A stretch of DNA of 64,000 bases, from contig CAZSGP010000002.1 in NCBI GenBank assembly GCA_964606485.1, forward strand, positions 10,766-74,765. The letters are read 5' to 3'. Every line of letters begins with the position of its first letter. Position 1 is the first letter of the stretch. Shown one piece after another: positions 28,898 to 37,879 of the stretch. This DNA is from an uncultured Planctomycetia bacterium. Lineage in GTDB: Bacteria; Omnitrophota; Gorgyraeia; 2-02-FULL-51-18. Made by a program: the position numbers and the translations under genes. The notes below the pieces were generated by a model, which saw nothing but the letters and a program-made list of their open reading frames with translations, was not told the DNA's origin and did not search any database.

Positions 28898-29883
28898 GCG
28901 CGGAGCAGCTCGGAAGCAGCCTGCAACGCTTCGTCAGGCGTGATCCACTCCATACAGACTCTATAGTTACAGTCTCTAAAATAGCACGGCACCTGACATC
29001 CGGTTTCTTTTTTAAGAATCCGCACCGGCCCCAAAGAAAGAGGTCCTGTTAAATCCGGATGCGTTGGACCAAAAATTCCGAGAATCGGCGTTTTTTGGCT
29101 GGCGGCTAAATGAATAGGTCCTGAATCATTGGACAATAGCAGCCGCGCTTCTTTTAAAAGAAGAGCCAGCTCATCCAAAGAAGTTTTCCCCGTCATCACC
29201 ACAAGCCTGGGAGACGAGCAAAGAGATTTAATTTGATCGGACAGCGGCTTCTCAGCAAAAGTTCCGCAGAGAATGATTTTGGTGTCCGGAAACTTTTCAC
29301 TAAGGCCGTCTATCCACTGCGCAAAATTTTCCGCAGGCCAGCGCTTGAGAAGCCAATTCCCTCCCGGGTGAAGAGCTACGTAACGCTCTCCCGCCAAAGG
29401 ATTTCGCGCTGCTTTTTGCGGAAAAAAATCAGGCGTGCGTCCATCCGGAGCAATGCCCATCGCCGTGAGCAGATTTAAAAAATAATCCGTCTTATGAAGC
29501 GGGTGCTGAGGCAATGGAAAAACATGTGTCAAAAAACGCTTCTCAGGCTGTTTCGCGTAACCAAGCCGCACCGGGACACCGGCCATTTTTATAAAAAAAA
29601 TACGGGTGCGCGAGCGGTGAAAAAAAATGGCCGCGTCAAAATGCCTAGAGCGAATCTTAAAAAATATTTTTAAGGCTTTTGCATAAGAAAAAAGTGAGCG
29701 TCGATCGTCAATCAGAATAAGCTCATTCAAATAGGGATTGTTTTTAAGGAGTGCTTCGCAGCGCCGGGGCAGCAAACACGAAATAAAACTGTCGGGGTAT
29801 TTTTTTCGAATGGCCCGGATGGCTGGCGTCGAAAAAAGGACATCTCCCACCCAGTTCACATTCACAATTAAAATCTTTTTCAT
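28894..29883 (-). CDS. Glycosyltransferase family 9 (LPS heptosyltransferase-like); start trimmed to MKKILIVNVNWVGDVL
   Basis: GT9 N-terminal motif and C-terminal NDSGPIHLAA motif. Confidence 0.8.
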   Translation of the reverse strand: MKKILIVNVNWVGDVLFSTPAIRAIRKKYPDSFISCLLPRRCEALLKNNPYLNELILIDDRRSLFSYAKALKIFFKIRSRHFDAAIFFHRSRTRIFFIKMAGVPVRLGYAKQPEKRFLTHVFPLPQHPLHKTDYFLNLLTAMGIAPDGRTPDFFPQKAARNPLAGERYVALHPGGNWLLKRWPAENFAQWIDGLSEKFPDTKIILCGTFAEKPLSDQIKSLCSSPRLVVMTGKTSLDELALLLKEARLLLSNDSGPIHLAASQKTPILGIFGPTHPDLTGPLSLGPVRILKKETGCQVPCYFRDCNYRVCMEWITPDEALQAASELLRA

Positions 29884-29891
29884 GGAAACCT

Positions 29892-30716
29892 TTAAATGAT
29901 CGGAATCCGTTTTTTTCCTAAATGGTACAAGCCGCTGACCTTCAGCCAAAAGCTAAACAAACTTCCTCTGCTCTCACTGATTTTCACGCGGCGAAGCGCC
30001 ATAACATCATACCGAGTTCCTCCCCACATCTCTTTACGCTTAGAGGCGTAATTCGTCGTCACAGCGCACTGATACCCAGCTTGCTCCGACAGCTGCCTCA
30101 CCGCCTTGGTAACGCCCCCCGCGGGATAGCTCAGAAGAAAAATAGGATGCCCAAGAATCTTTTCAAGCCGGTTGCGCGACTCTTGGAGCTCCGCGATCGC
30201 GTTTTCAATGGACACTCTAGGTAAAAATGCGTGGTTATGCGTGTGGCTGCCGATCTGGATACCCGCGCCTTCTAAAATTTTCAAATCTTCTTCAGACAGC
30301 CACCCCTCTTTACCAACATTCCCGGTGATCATAAAAATAGTGGCCTTAAAACGCATTTTCTTTAAAACCGGAAAGGCATTTTCAAAATTATCAAGCGTGC
30401 CGTCGTCGAACGTGATGACCACGGTGTTGTAAGGAATCCTTTTTTGCGCTCTCAAAAGATCCGCTAAATCCAGCAGCGAAATCACATTGTAATGATGAAT
30501 GCGCAAAAACTCCATTTGCCGCTCGAAAGTTTGAAGGCTGACATCGGTGCTGGAGTTTAAATGCTGACCCGCTCCAACCCTGTGATACATCAAAATAGGA
30601 ACCTCATAATTTGCGCGGCAAAATACAAAACAAGCGACAAGCAGCGCTGGGATAATTACAAAGCGTTTTTTAAAACGAAAATTCATTAATGCGCTCCGCT
30701 GAAACTTCGCGCTCAT
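29892..30716 (-). CDS. Polysaccharide deacetylase (CE4/NodB family) with N-terminal membrane anchor
   Basis: 274 aa; TM helix then ILMYHRV, TFDDG, HTHNH motifs of CE4 enzymes. Confidence 0.8.
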   Translation of the reverse strand: MSAKFQRSALMNFRFKKRFVIIPALLVACFVFCRANYEVPILMYHRVGAGQHLNSSTDVSLQTFERQMEFLRIHHYNVISLLDLADLLRAQKRIPYNTVVITFDDGTLDNFENAFPVLKKMRFKATIFMITGNVGKEGWLSEEDLKILEGAGIQIGSHTHNHAFLPRVSIENAIAELQESRNRLEKILGHPIFLLSYPAGGVTKAVRQLSEQAGYQCAVTTNYASKRKEMWGGTRYDVMALRRVKISESRGSLFSFWLKVSGLYHLGKKRIPII

Positions 30717-32823
30717 CGAGTCGATTTTTTTGGCGGGCGTCCTTTAAAAAAGCCAACGTACAATCCAGGACGTCCTGTGGAAGTATTTTTTTCATACAGA
30801 TATGTCCAATCGGGCAGCTGCGCAAATAACAAGGGCTGCAGGAAATCTCTTTCCAAAACACCTGGCAAACGCTGGGAGCTACGAGATGGCGCTTGGGATC
30901 GGTTGGACCAAACAGAGCAATCAGCGGAACATTGGCCCCGGAGGCAATGTGCATCGGAGCTGAATCTGAACTAATGAACACCTGGCAACGACGGATGAGC
31001 GCCGCGAGCTCCGTGATAGATGTTTTTCCAACCGCATTGATCGGCTTGTTGCGTGTCAGCTGAAAAAGAGGCTCAATGGTTTTAGCGTCTTCCGGAGCCC
31101 CCGTGATCACAACCCGGATATTGCGCTTGGCAAGTTCATCGCAAAGCCTGGCAAAATATTCGAGTGGCCACTGCTTAGTGGGCCAACGAAGTGAGGATGC
31201 CGGATTAATTCCCACCAAAGTTTGACTAGAGGCCACCCACTGCGATTCTAAAAATTTGCTCACGCGAACATTCTCTTCTTGCGATGTCCAAAGCTCTAAT
31301 TTTTTTTCACTAGATTCCACGTCCACTAGTCTTAAAACTCGAAACTGGTGGTCTAGCGGGGCGGCGGAAGACGCCTCTTGAGAAGTGGTTTTGTTGAGTA
31401 AAAATGACCATTTTCGGTTGGCGTGTCCTGCGCGAACTCGAGCGCCGCTTAAAAAGGCTAGCAAATGACTCGTGCGGTTATTTTGCAAATCAACACAGAC
31501 ATCAAAATCTTCTTTTGCCAAAATTCGCGCCGTTTTCAAAATGCGGCTAATGCGCTCTTTGCCCTGTGCTTCCTCGTAAACAATCACATCGTTGACGTAA
31601 GGACAATTACGGATCACCTGGCGGGACTTGCGCCCCACCAAAACAGAAATCCAGGCATCGGGATATCGCTGCCGGAGTGCGCGCAGCGACGGAATGCTTA
31701 AAATAACATCCCCCAGCGCACTAAGCTTAATCACAAGAATTTTCTTTTGATTCATCGCCTCGTCATAAACTTTTAATGTTTTTTCAAACATGCCCTTGGC
31801 ATCAAACAACGTTTCAACTTTTTTTCTGAGCGCCAAAACAAGTGACGCGGCAAATTCAGGTTCTTTAACAAGGCGGATCACAGCCTCAGACAAAAGACGC
31901 GGATCATCCGGCGGAACCAGTAGCCCGTCTTTCTCATTTTCAATAATATCAACCAGGCCCCCGATTTTAGACGCTACCACTGGAACTCCGCAGGCCCCCG
32001 CCTCAATGGCCACGCGGCCAAACGCCTCTTCACCCACCGACGGCACCACCAGCACCGTCATAGACGCTAGTGCTTCGGAAATGTCATACCGGGTCCCTAA
32101 AAATTCAACGTTGTGCGTTAGGCCCAGACGCCGCGTCAGCATCAAAAGCTCTTCTTTATACTGCGGCTTTGGCGAGTCGCCGATAATCCGTATTTTTACG
32201 TTCGGGAACACCCGAACTACGCGAGCCATTGCTTTTAAAAAAACGGGATGGCCTTTAATGGGCGTTAGTCTTCCAATCACACCAATCACAATCGGTGAAC
32301 CGGCAAGAGGCGTGGGTTCGGGCCTTAATTTGAATTCATTCAAGTTCACGCCGCGATGAATGAGGCGAATGCGTTGGTGTGGCACCCCAAAGTCATCGCG
32401 CATGCGCCGGCCAATGATGTGACTTGCGACAATCACGCGCTTGCCCCAGCCCATGATGCGGCTCATCAAGTGCTTGCTATAAAAACCATGACAGGTCGTT
32501 ACAAACGGCACATGTGTTTTACGGCTTGCTAAAAAAGCAATCCAGGCAGGCACGCGACTGCGCGCGTGAATAATTTGAATTTCTTCCTTACGAATGATAT
32601 TTGCTAAAGATCGAGCGGAGCTAAAAATGCTAAATGGGGATTTTTTGTGCACCGGAAGCTTGTAATGCGTCACCCCTGCTGATTCGAGATCAGCCACAAG
32701 CGGACCACCTGCGGATACCACCACCGAATGATGGCCGGCATTTTTAAGGTATTTCGCGAAGTCAACCGTGCCGCGCTCCACTCCGCCCGATTGAAGTTCC
32801 GGCAACACCTGAAGAACTCTCAT
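30670..32823 (-). CDS. Bifunctional GT4 (RfaG-like) - GT9 (heptosyltransferase-like) fusion glycosyltransferase (boundary near nt 31749)
   Basis: 717 aa; N-terminal GT-B GT4 domain (VVASKIGGLVDIIENEKDGLLVPP, the E-X7-E region) followed at about aa 359 by KKILVIKLSALGDVILSIPSLRAL..., a GT9 domain with C-terminal SSDSAPMHIASG. Confidence 0.8.
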   Translation of the reverse strand: MRVLQVLPELQSGGVERGTVDFAKYLKNAGHHSVVVSAGGPLVADLESAGVTHYKLPVHKKSPFSIFSSARSLANIIRKEEIQIIHARSRVPAWIAFLASRKTHVPFVTTCHGFYSKHLMSRIMGWGKRVIVASHIIGRRMRDDFGVPHQRIRLIHRGVNLNEFKLRPEPTPLAGSPIVIGVIGRLTPIKGHPVFLKAMARVVRVFPNVKIRIIGDSPKPQYKEELLMLTRRLGLTHNVEFLGTRYDISEALASMTVLVVPSVGEEAFGRVAIEAGACGVPVVASKIGGLVDIIENEKDGLLVPPDDPRLLSEAVIRLVKEPEFAASLVLALRKKVETLFDAKGMFEKTLKVYDEAMNQKKILVIKLSALGDVILSIPSLRALRQRYPDAWISVLVGRKSRQVIRNCPYVNDVIVYEEAQGKERISRILKTARILAKEDFDVCVDLQNNRTSHLLAFLSGARVRAGHANRKWSFLLNKTTSQEASSAAPLDHQFRVLRLVDVESSEKKLELWTSQEENVRVSKFLESQWVASSQTLVGINPASSLRWPTKQWPLEYFARLCDELAKRNIRVVITGAPEDAKTIEPLFQLTRNKPINAVGKTSITELAALIRRCQVFISSDSAPMHIASGANVPLIALFGPTDPKRHLVAPSVCQVFWKEISCSPCYLRSCPIGHICMKKILPQDVLDCTLAFLKDARQKNRLDEREVSAERINEFSF

Positions 32824-34808
32824 CCCAAAATCCTTTGCATGGCTCTAGACAAAACCTGCTCATCTGAGCGCTCAGCTTCCGAACTTTTTTGAGGCTTAAA
32901 ATTTAAGAATGTTTGTGTCATATTTTCAGAGCCAATCATTTCAATTTGTTTTTTTTGCTTCATAAAATCTAAAAATCTTTTGTACTTCGGCTTAAGCTCA
33001 TCTGCCTTAAAGGGTGTGAATACCATCACCCGTTTACCCGAAGCGATGGCTTCTGACACCATCGACATTGACTCCGCGGTCACCACCACACTTTCACACA
33101 AACCTAAAATTGCATTCACAACACCGGGTCTGTTTTTTTCGTTTGCGATCACAAGCAGCGGACAAATTCCTCGATCTGAAAATTTCTCTTTTAAAATTTC
33201 GTCTGCCCAAGGTGGCGTCCGGCGCGACGTTGTAACAAAAATTTTTAAATTCTGCCCTTTGGCCAAACGCAGTAAATCATCGGTATTTTTTTCAAAAATT
33301 TCTTTTGAAAATTGGACGTCCTCGGTGTCGCCCCCGATTAAAACCCCAAGCGTTCTACAACCCTCTTCAAGCCCAAGCTCGTCTTTTAACTTACGCGCCT
33401 CATCAAGCGCTTTCTTAGGATTTGCTAAAGACAGTACACGCTCTGTTATAAACACATTGGCGGAAGGTGTTATTTTATCATGCAGCGGAGCAATCACAGC
33501 GTCAAAACGCCCTGCTCCAAAGGGCGGCTTCATCACGATAGCGGCCTTAGCCTTTAAATCCCTCTTAAGCGCAAGGCTTACTCCCGCAATCGAGCTTCCG
33601 CAGGAAATGAAAATATCCGCCGGAGCGGCCCACAAATCAGCGAGCGTCTTTTCGTCCAAACAAAGATTCATCCAAGACTGTTCAAACCAGGGATTTCCAG
33701 CGCCTAGAAAATAGACAGTCTGAAAAAGTTTACGCAAGATCGGATTCTTAAATTTCACCTCGACCACTTTGACTTGAGTTTCCTCGTCGGGCAACCCCTG
33801 CCCGCGCCGGTACTGCGCGAGCGCTTCCGACACGGCTAAGGATTGATTGAGATGTCCCGCCTTCCCATCGCTCAAAACAACAACGAACCGGGTTGTTGTG
33901 GATTTCCAGCGCCGATGACCCCACATCCACATGGTCGGGTCTTTGCGGATCTTCGCCTCCAAGAGAGTTGCAAACTGCTGAAGCACCGCTTTTTCAGTTT
34001 CCTCTTCACTAAGACCTTTTGGAAAATCGAGCGCGGCTTCCATTTCAATGCGGTGATTCATTTGATTTTCTCTGAAAATAAATCCTGGAAAAATCGGCGC
34101 CCCTGCTTTGAGTGCAAATGCGACAACGCCGCGCGGCGTGGACGAGGCTCTTCCGAACAAACGAACAAAAACACCGTTGCGGCCCCCGTCTTGATCACTT
34201 AAAATACCAACCGCCTTTCCTTCTCTGAGCACACGGATGAGCTGGCGAATCATCATTCCCTTGTAAATAATCTCACTACCCTGCGAAGCTCTTAAAGAGT
34301 TCAGGAATTCATCCGACCGAGGGTGTTTTTGCGCGCGCGCCAGAGCCGCCAGCGGATGCCCTACGAGACAAGCGGTGGCGTTTAATAATTCCCAATTTCC
34401 AAAGTGACCCGTTAAAAAAATAACCCCCTTGTGGGCGTCTAAAGAGGGCTGAACTTTTTCAAGGTTCACGATCCTCACGTGTTTTTCGATGTAATCACGG
34501 GTTAAATCCGGAAAACGCAAAAGCTCGACCATGGAGACAGCGAGATTCACCATGGATTGTCGGGAGATAGTGTTAATTTCGGAGCGGGATTTTTCGCCTT
34601 TAAAACAAAATCTTAAGTTTTTATAGGCAATGTGTCGACGGGTGGTTAAAACATAGAATAGATGGCCGATGCTTCGTCCAATCCTGCAAGAAACCGGAAG
34701 CGGTAAAACACGGACAAGGAACCGGAGGGCTTTGGAAGCCCTAAGAATTAAGGCATCTTCTAATAAAATCTTCTTCATCGCCCAATTCAAACTCAATTTG
34801 AAGTACAA
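32820..34808 (-). CDS. Lipid A secondary (lauroyl/myristoyl) acyltransferase LpxL-family domain fused to a C-terminal ELM1/DUF1022-like domain (boundary near nt 33896)
   Basis: 662 aa; N-terminal LABLAT fold with HFGNWE catalytic H-X4-E motif; C-terminal about 355 aa begins TRFVVVLSDGKAGHLNQSLAVSEAL, resembling the ELM1-family N-terminus as I recall it (tentative). Confidence 0.7.
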   Translation of the reverse strand: MYFKLSLNWAMKKILLEDALILRASKALRFLVRVLPLPVSCRIGRSIGHLFYVLTTRRHIAYKNLRFCFKGEKSRSEINTISRQSMVNLAVSMVELLRFPDLTRDYIEKHVRIVNLEKVQPSLDAHKGVIFLTGHFGNWELLNATACLVGHPLAALARAQKHPRSDEFLNSLRASQGSEIIYKGMMIRQLIRVLREGKAVGILSDQDGGRNGVFVRLFGRASSTPRGVVAFALKAGAPIFPGFIFRENQMNHRIEMEAALDFPKGLSEEETEKAVLQQFATLLEAKIRKDPTMWMWGHRRWKSTTTRFVVVLSDGKAGHLNQSLAVSEALAQYRRGQGLPDEETQVKVVEVKFKNPILRKLFQTVYFLGAGNPWFEQSWMNLCLDEKTLADLWAAPADIFISCGSSIAGVSLALKRDLKAKAAIVMKPPFGAGRFDAVIAPLHDKITPSANVFITERVLSLANPKKALDEARKLKDELGLEEGCRTLGVLIGGDTEDVQFSKEIFEKNTDDLLRLAKGQNLKIFVTTSRRTPPWADEILKEKFSDRGICPLLVIANEKNRPGVVNAILGLCESVVVTAESMSMVSEAIASGKRVMVFTPFKADELKPKYKRFLDFMKQKKQIEMIGSENMTQTFLNFKPQKSSEAERSDEQVLSRAMQRILG

Positions 34809-35721
34809 AAAAATTGACTCCCAAGAAATCCTCCGCAGAAGCTCCTTTTAATACCGGCTCAAGCCTGTAAAAATCTTTTTCGGTGGTGACGACGTCCCGC
34901 ACCCCAAGATCCTTGCAGCGCCGCGCAAATGCCATCACGTCCTGCCGCGTGTAAGGGTGATGATCGTCAAAGCGCCCCGCCAAAATAATTTCGGAACCCA
35001 AGAGTTCAAGCGTCTTCTCAAAACTATGAGGATCTCCGATTCCAGACAACGCCCCTACTTTTCGATTCTTTAAAATCTCAAGCTCCACAGATTTTTTCTT
35101 ACGAATATCAATCAGGTCAACCGGCTTATGAATCGCCTCAAAAATGGCGGCTCCCGGCTTAATGGTTAAGAGTTTCTGCCGGATCAAATGAAGATTTTTT
35201 GAACCAATATTACTTTTGGTCAAAACAAAAACTTGAGCGCGGTTTAAATTTTCAAGTGGCTCTCTTAAGTTTCCTTCCGGAATTAGTCCCCCGGGCCCAA
35301 ACGGACAGGTCGCGTTGATATTCACCACGTCCAAATCTCTATGGAGACGGATATGCTGGAATCCATCATCCAAAATAACAATTTCGGCCCCATGCTTTTC
35401 GACGGCCTCGGTTGCCGTTTTAATTCGGTCCCGGCCGACGAGCACAGGGATGCCGGGTAAGCGACTTTTAAGCTCAGCTACTTCGTCTTTTCCATAACCA
35501 CGAGTAAGAACGGCTGTTTTCTTTCCTTGAATGCTCATGTAACGCGCAAGCGCGATCACAAGCGGTGTCTTACCGGTTCCGCCCCAGGTAATGTTTCCAA
35601 CGCTGATTACTCGAGCGCCCACTTTACGAATTCGGTCGGGGTGAATTTTATAAGTCGCCTGTGTGAAGCGAACAACGGCTCCATAGATTCGAGACAAAAA
35701 CTGCAAAAACCATTTTTTCAT
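34741..35721 (-). CDS. lpxK: Tetraacyldisaccharide 4'-kinase
   Basis: 326 aa; GNITWGGTGKTP P-loop. Confidence 0.9.
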   Translation of the reverse strand: MKKWFLQFLSRIYGAVVRFTQATYKIHPDRIRKVGARVISVGNITWGGTGKTPLVIALARYMSIQGKKTAVLTRGYGKDEVAELKSRLPGIPVLVGRDRIKTATEAVEKHGAEIVILDDGFQHIRLHRDLDVVNINATCPFGPGGLIPEGNLREPLENLNRAQVFVLTKSNIGSKNLHLIRQKLLTIKPGAAIFEAIHKPVDLIDIRKKKSVELEILKNRKVGALSGIGDPHSFEKTLELLGSEIILAGRFDDHHPYTRQDVMAFARRCKDLGVRDVVTTEKDFYRLEPVLKGASAEDFLGVNFFVLQIEFELGDEEDFIRRCLNS

Positions 35722-35733
35722 TTTAATCTTTCC

Positions 35734-36990
35734 TTATGCGTTCAAAAAATCAATAGATCTTTGTGTAGCGCCTTGATGCAGCTTGATAATCTTTTTGGCC
35801 TTCTGACCTAACCCCACTCTAAAATTAACGTCCGCAATCTGCTTGTCGAGCGCCGCGCTCAACATCTCTAAATCTTTAACTTCGAACCCTGCTCCTTCTT
35901 TCAAAAACAATTCGGTCATTTGGCGAAAATTTTGCGTAAATGGGCCAAATAAAATCGGCTTCTCAAAATACGCAGGCTCCACCAGATTGTGTCCTCCGGT
36001 CGGAACCAAGCTTCCTCCAACAAAAACAGAGTCCGCCGCATTATAAAAATCTGCCAAAGCCCCCATTTTGTCGAGCACGACAATTCCCGCGCTCTGCCCG
36101 CTCTTCCATTGCGACAATCGAACCAGTTCTAAATTTCGGTCCGCTGCCAGCTTCTCAATCTTCGAAAGCCTGTCTAGGTGACGAGGGGCTAAAAGCAACG
36201 CAAAGAAAGAGTATTTTGCCTTGAGGTGGCAGTAAGCGTCAAAGAGAATCTCCTCTTCCCCCGCATGCGTACTGCCGGCCACCCAAAGAAATGTGTTGCT
36301 CCCGAGCGCTTTTCTAAAGAAATCTGCTTCCCCCGCGAACACTCCCTTCGGGAACCAGTCATATTTTAGATTTCCAGAGACATGAACAGTGTCTGGCGCA
36401 GCGCCCAAACTGATAAAACGTTCTTTCGCCTGTTCGTCCTGGGCAAGAATTCCCTTGAGACGTCGCAAGACCGGCGCTAAGAATAGTTGGACACGGCGAT
36501 ATTTTGGAAACGCGCGGTCTGAAATGCGTCCATTCACAATCCATGCAGGAATTTTTCGGTCGGACAACTCAAAAATGAGATTCGGCCAAATCTCGGTTTC
36601 GAATAGAATCACGCGCTCGGGCCGAACAGCATTCAAAAAACGCTTCACCGCAAAAAATCCGTCGATCGGACAGTATAAGACCGTATCATCGTCCGAGCGA
36701 TTTTTGAGAACCGTTTCCCTTCCGGTTGCCGTCGTGGTGGTGATTAAAAAATGTTTATCTGGCCAATTTTCTTTGAGTGCTTTTAAAAAAACCATGGCCT
36801 GGGCCGCCTCACCCACCGAAACCGCGTGAATCCACACCACTGATTTTTCGCGTAGTTTCTGCTGGATTTGAATCGGTACAAATCCAAACCGCTCGCGTAG
36901 CCCGCCTTTAAATTTCCCCTTCGCAATAAAAGTTGGGAGATAAATTAAAGAAAAAATAAAAAAGCCGACGTTATAAATAAATCTAAGCAT
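35734..36990 (-). CDS. waaA: 3-deoxy-D-manno-octulosonic acid transferase (Kdo transferase)
   Basis: 418 aa; N-terminal TM then WIHAVSVGE motif; GT30. Confidence 0.9.
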   Translation of the reverse strand: MLRFIYNVGFFIFSLIYLPTFIAKGKFKGGLRERFGFVPIQIQQKLREKSVVWIHAVSVGEAAQAMVFLKALKENWPDKHFLITTTTATGRETVLKNRSDDDTVLYCPIDGFFAVKRFLNAVRPERVILFETEIWPNLIFELSDRKIPAWIVNGRISDRAFPKYRRVQLFLAPVLRRLKGILAQDEQAKERFISLGAAPDTVHVSGNLKYDWFPKGVFAGEADFFRKALGSNTFLWVAGSTHAGEEEILFDAYCHLKAKYSFFALLLAPRHLDRLSKIEKLAADRNLELVRLSQWKSGQSAGIVVLDKMGALADFYNAADSVFVGGSLVPTGGHNLVEPAYFEKPILFGPFTQNFRQMTELFLKEGAGFEVKDLEMLSAALDKQIADVNFRVGLGQKAKKIIKLHQGATQRSIDFLNA

Positions 36991-37879
36991 GCGGATGCGC
37001 CTTGTCGTAAGCTTCCTTTAGCCGTTCACTCGAAACGTGCGTATAGATCTGAGTCGTTGATAAGTTGGCATGTCCCAACAACTCCTGGACCGAGCGCAAA
37101 TCGGCCCCCTTATTTAAAAGATGGGTCGCAAACGAGTGCCGAAGCGTGTGCGGCGACACGCCTTCCTTGCGACAGGTCTGTTCTACGTATTTGTTCACGA
37201 GGCGCGAAACACTGACCGGCGTTAAACGCGAGCCGCGGCTATTAGGCGAGTGATTTAAAAATAAGGCTTTCAGATCCGATTTGCGGTTTTTCTTAAAATC
37301 TTCTTTTTGGCGCAATTCCAAGTACCGTCGAACGCTCTGCAGCGCCTTGTCGCCAATAGGGCAAATCCGCTCCTTTTTTCCTTTTCCCATCACCTTGCAA
37401 GCGCCGCCGATAAAATCAATTCCGTCGATATTTAAACTCACAAGCTCGGAAACGCGCAGGCCTGTGGAGTAGAGCGTTTCAAGAATAGCTTTATCCCGCC
37501 GACCGGACAAATCATCCTCCGGAGATTCCAAAAGCGCCACCACTTCATTTTCATCGAGCACCATGGGCAATTTTTTATCGAGCTTCGGACTTCTCAAAAG
37601 CCCCATTGGATTTTTGGAAAGATACCCTTCCCGGTTTAAAAATTTAAAATAAGTTCTCAAAACCGCCATCCGTCGAGCCACGGTTCTTTTGGATAAATCC
37701 TCTTCTTTGAGGCGGGCTAAATATCGCCGCAGAGACAAGACATCCACATTTTCTAAAGACGCTTCCCCTAAAAATAAATAAAACTCTCTTAAATCGTGCG
37801 TGTAGCTGACGAGCGTATGGCGGGAATAATTTTTTTCGGCTTTTAAATAGTTGATGAATTTAAGCGTGTGTCGTTCCAC
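36983..37879 (-). CDS. xerC: Tyrosine site-specific recombinase XerC/XerD family (GTG start overlapping the topA stop by 1 nt)
   Basis: 298 aa; R..HxxR..Y catalytic set: HTLRHSFATHLL, LLGHANLSTTQIYTHV. Confidence 0.88.
   Translation of the reverse strand: MERHTLKFINYLKAEKNYSRHTLVSYTHDLREFYLFLGEASLENVDVLSLRRYLARLKEEDLSKRTVARRMAVLRTYFKFLNREGYLSKNPMGLLRSPKLDKKLPMVLDENEVVALLESPEDDLSGRRDKAILETLYSTGLRVSELVSLNIDGIDFIGGACKVMGKGKKERICPIGDKALQSVRRYLELRQKEDFKKNRKSDLKALFLNHSPNSRGSRLTPVSVSRLVNKYVEQTCRKEGVSPHTLRHSFATHLLNKGADLRSVQELLGHANLSTTQIYTHVSSERLKEAYDKAHPHA

Noticed and set aside
32980-33714. 244-aa plus-strand Ser-rich ORF, plus similar plus-strand ORFs at 31790-32359, 39548-40141, 14902-15321 and 36389-36829
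   Set aside because: All are antisense shadow ORFs inside well-supported minus-strand genes (LpxL-ELM1 fusion, GT4-GT9, topA, serA, waaA). They are Ser/Ala/Arg/Pro-rich low-complexity translations with no homology signatures.
36983-37879. Tyrosine recombinase as a possible phage/integrative-element integrase
   Set aside because: It sits in the conserved dprA-topA-xerC housekeeping neighbourhood with no flanking tRNA, att-like repeats, phage genes or compositional break, so it is best read as the chromosomal dimer-resolution recombinase XerC/XerD. A dif site could not be identified by eye.
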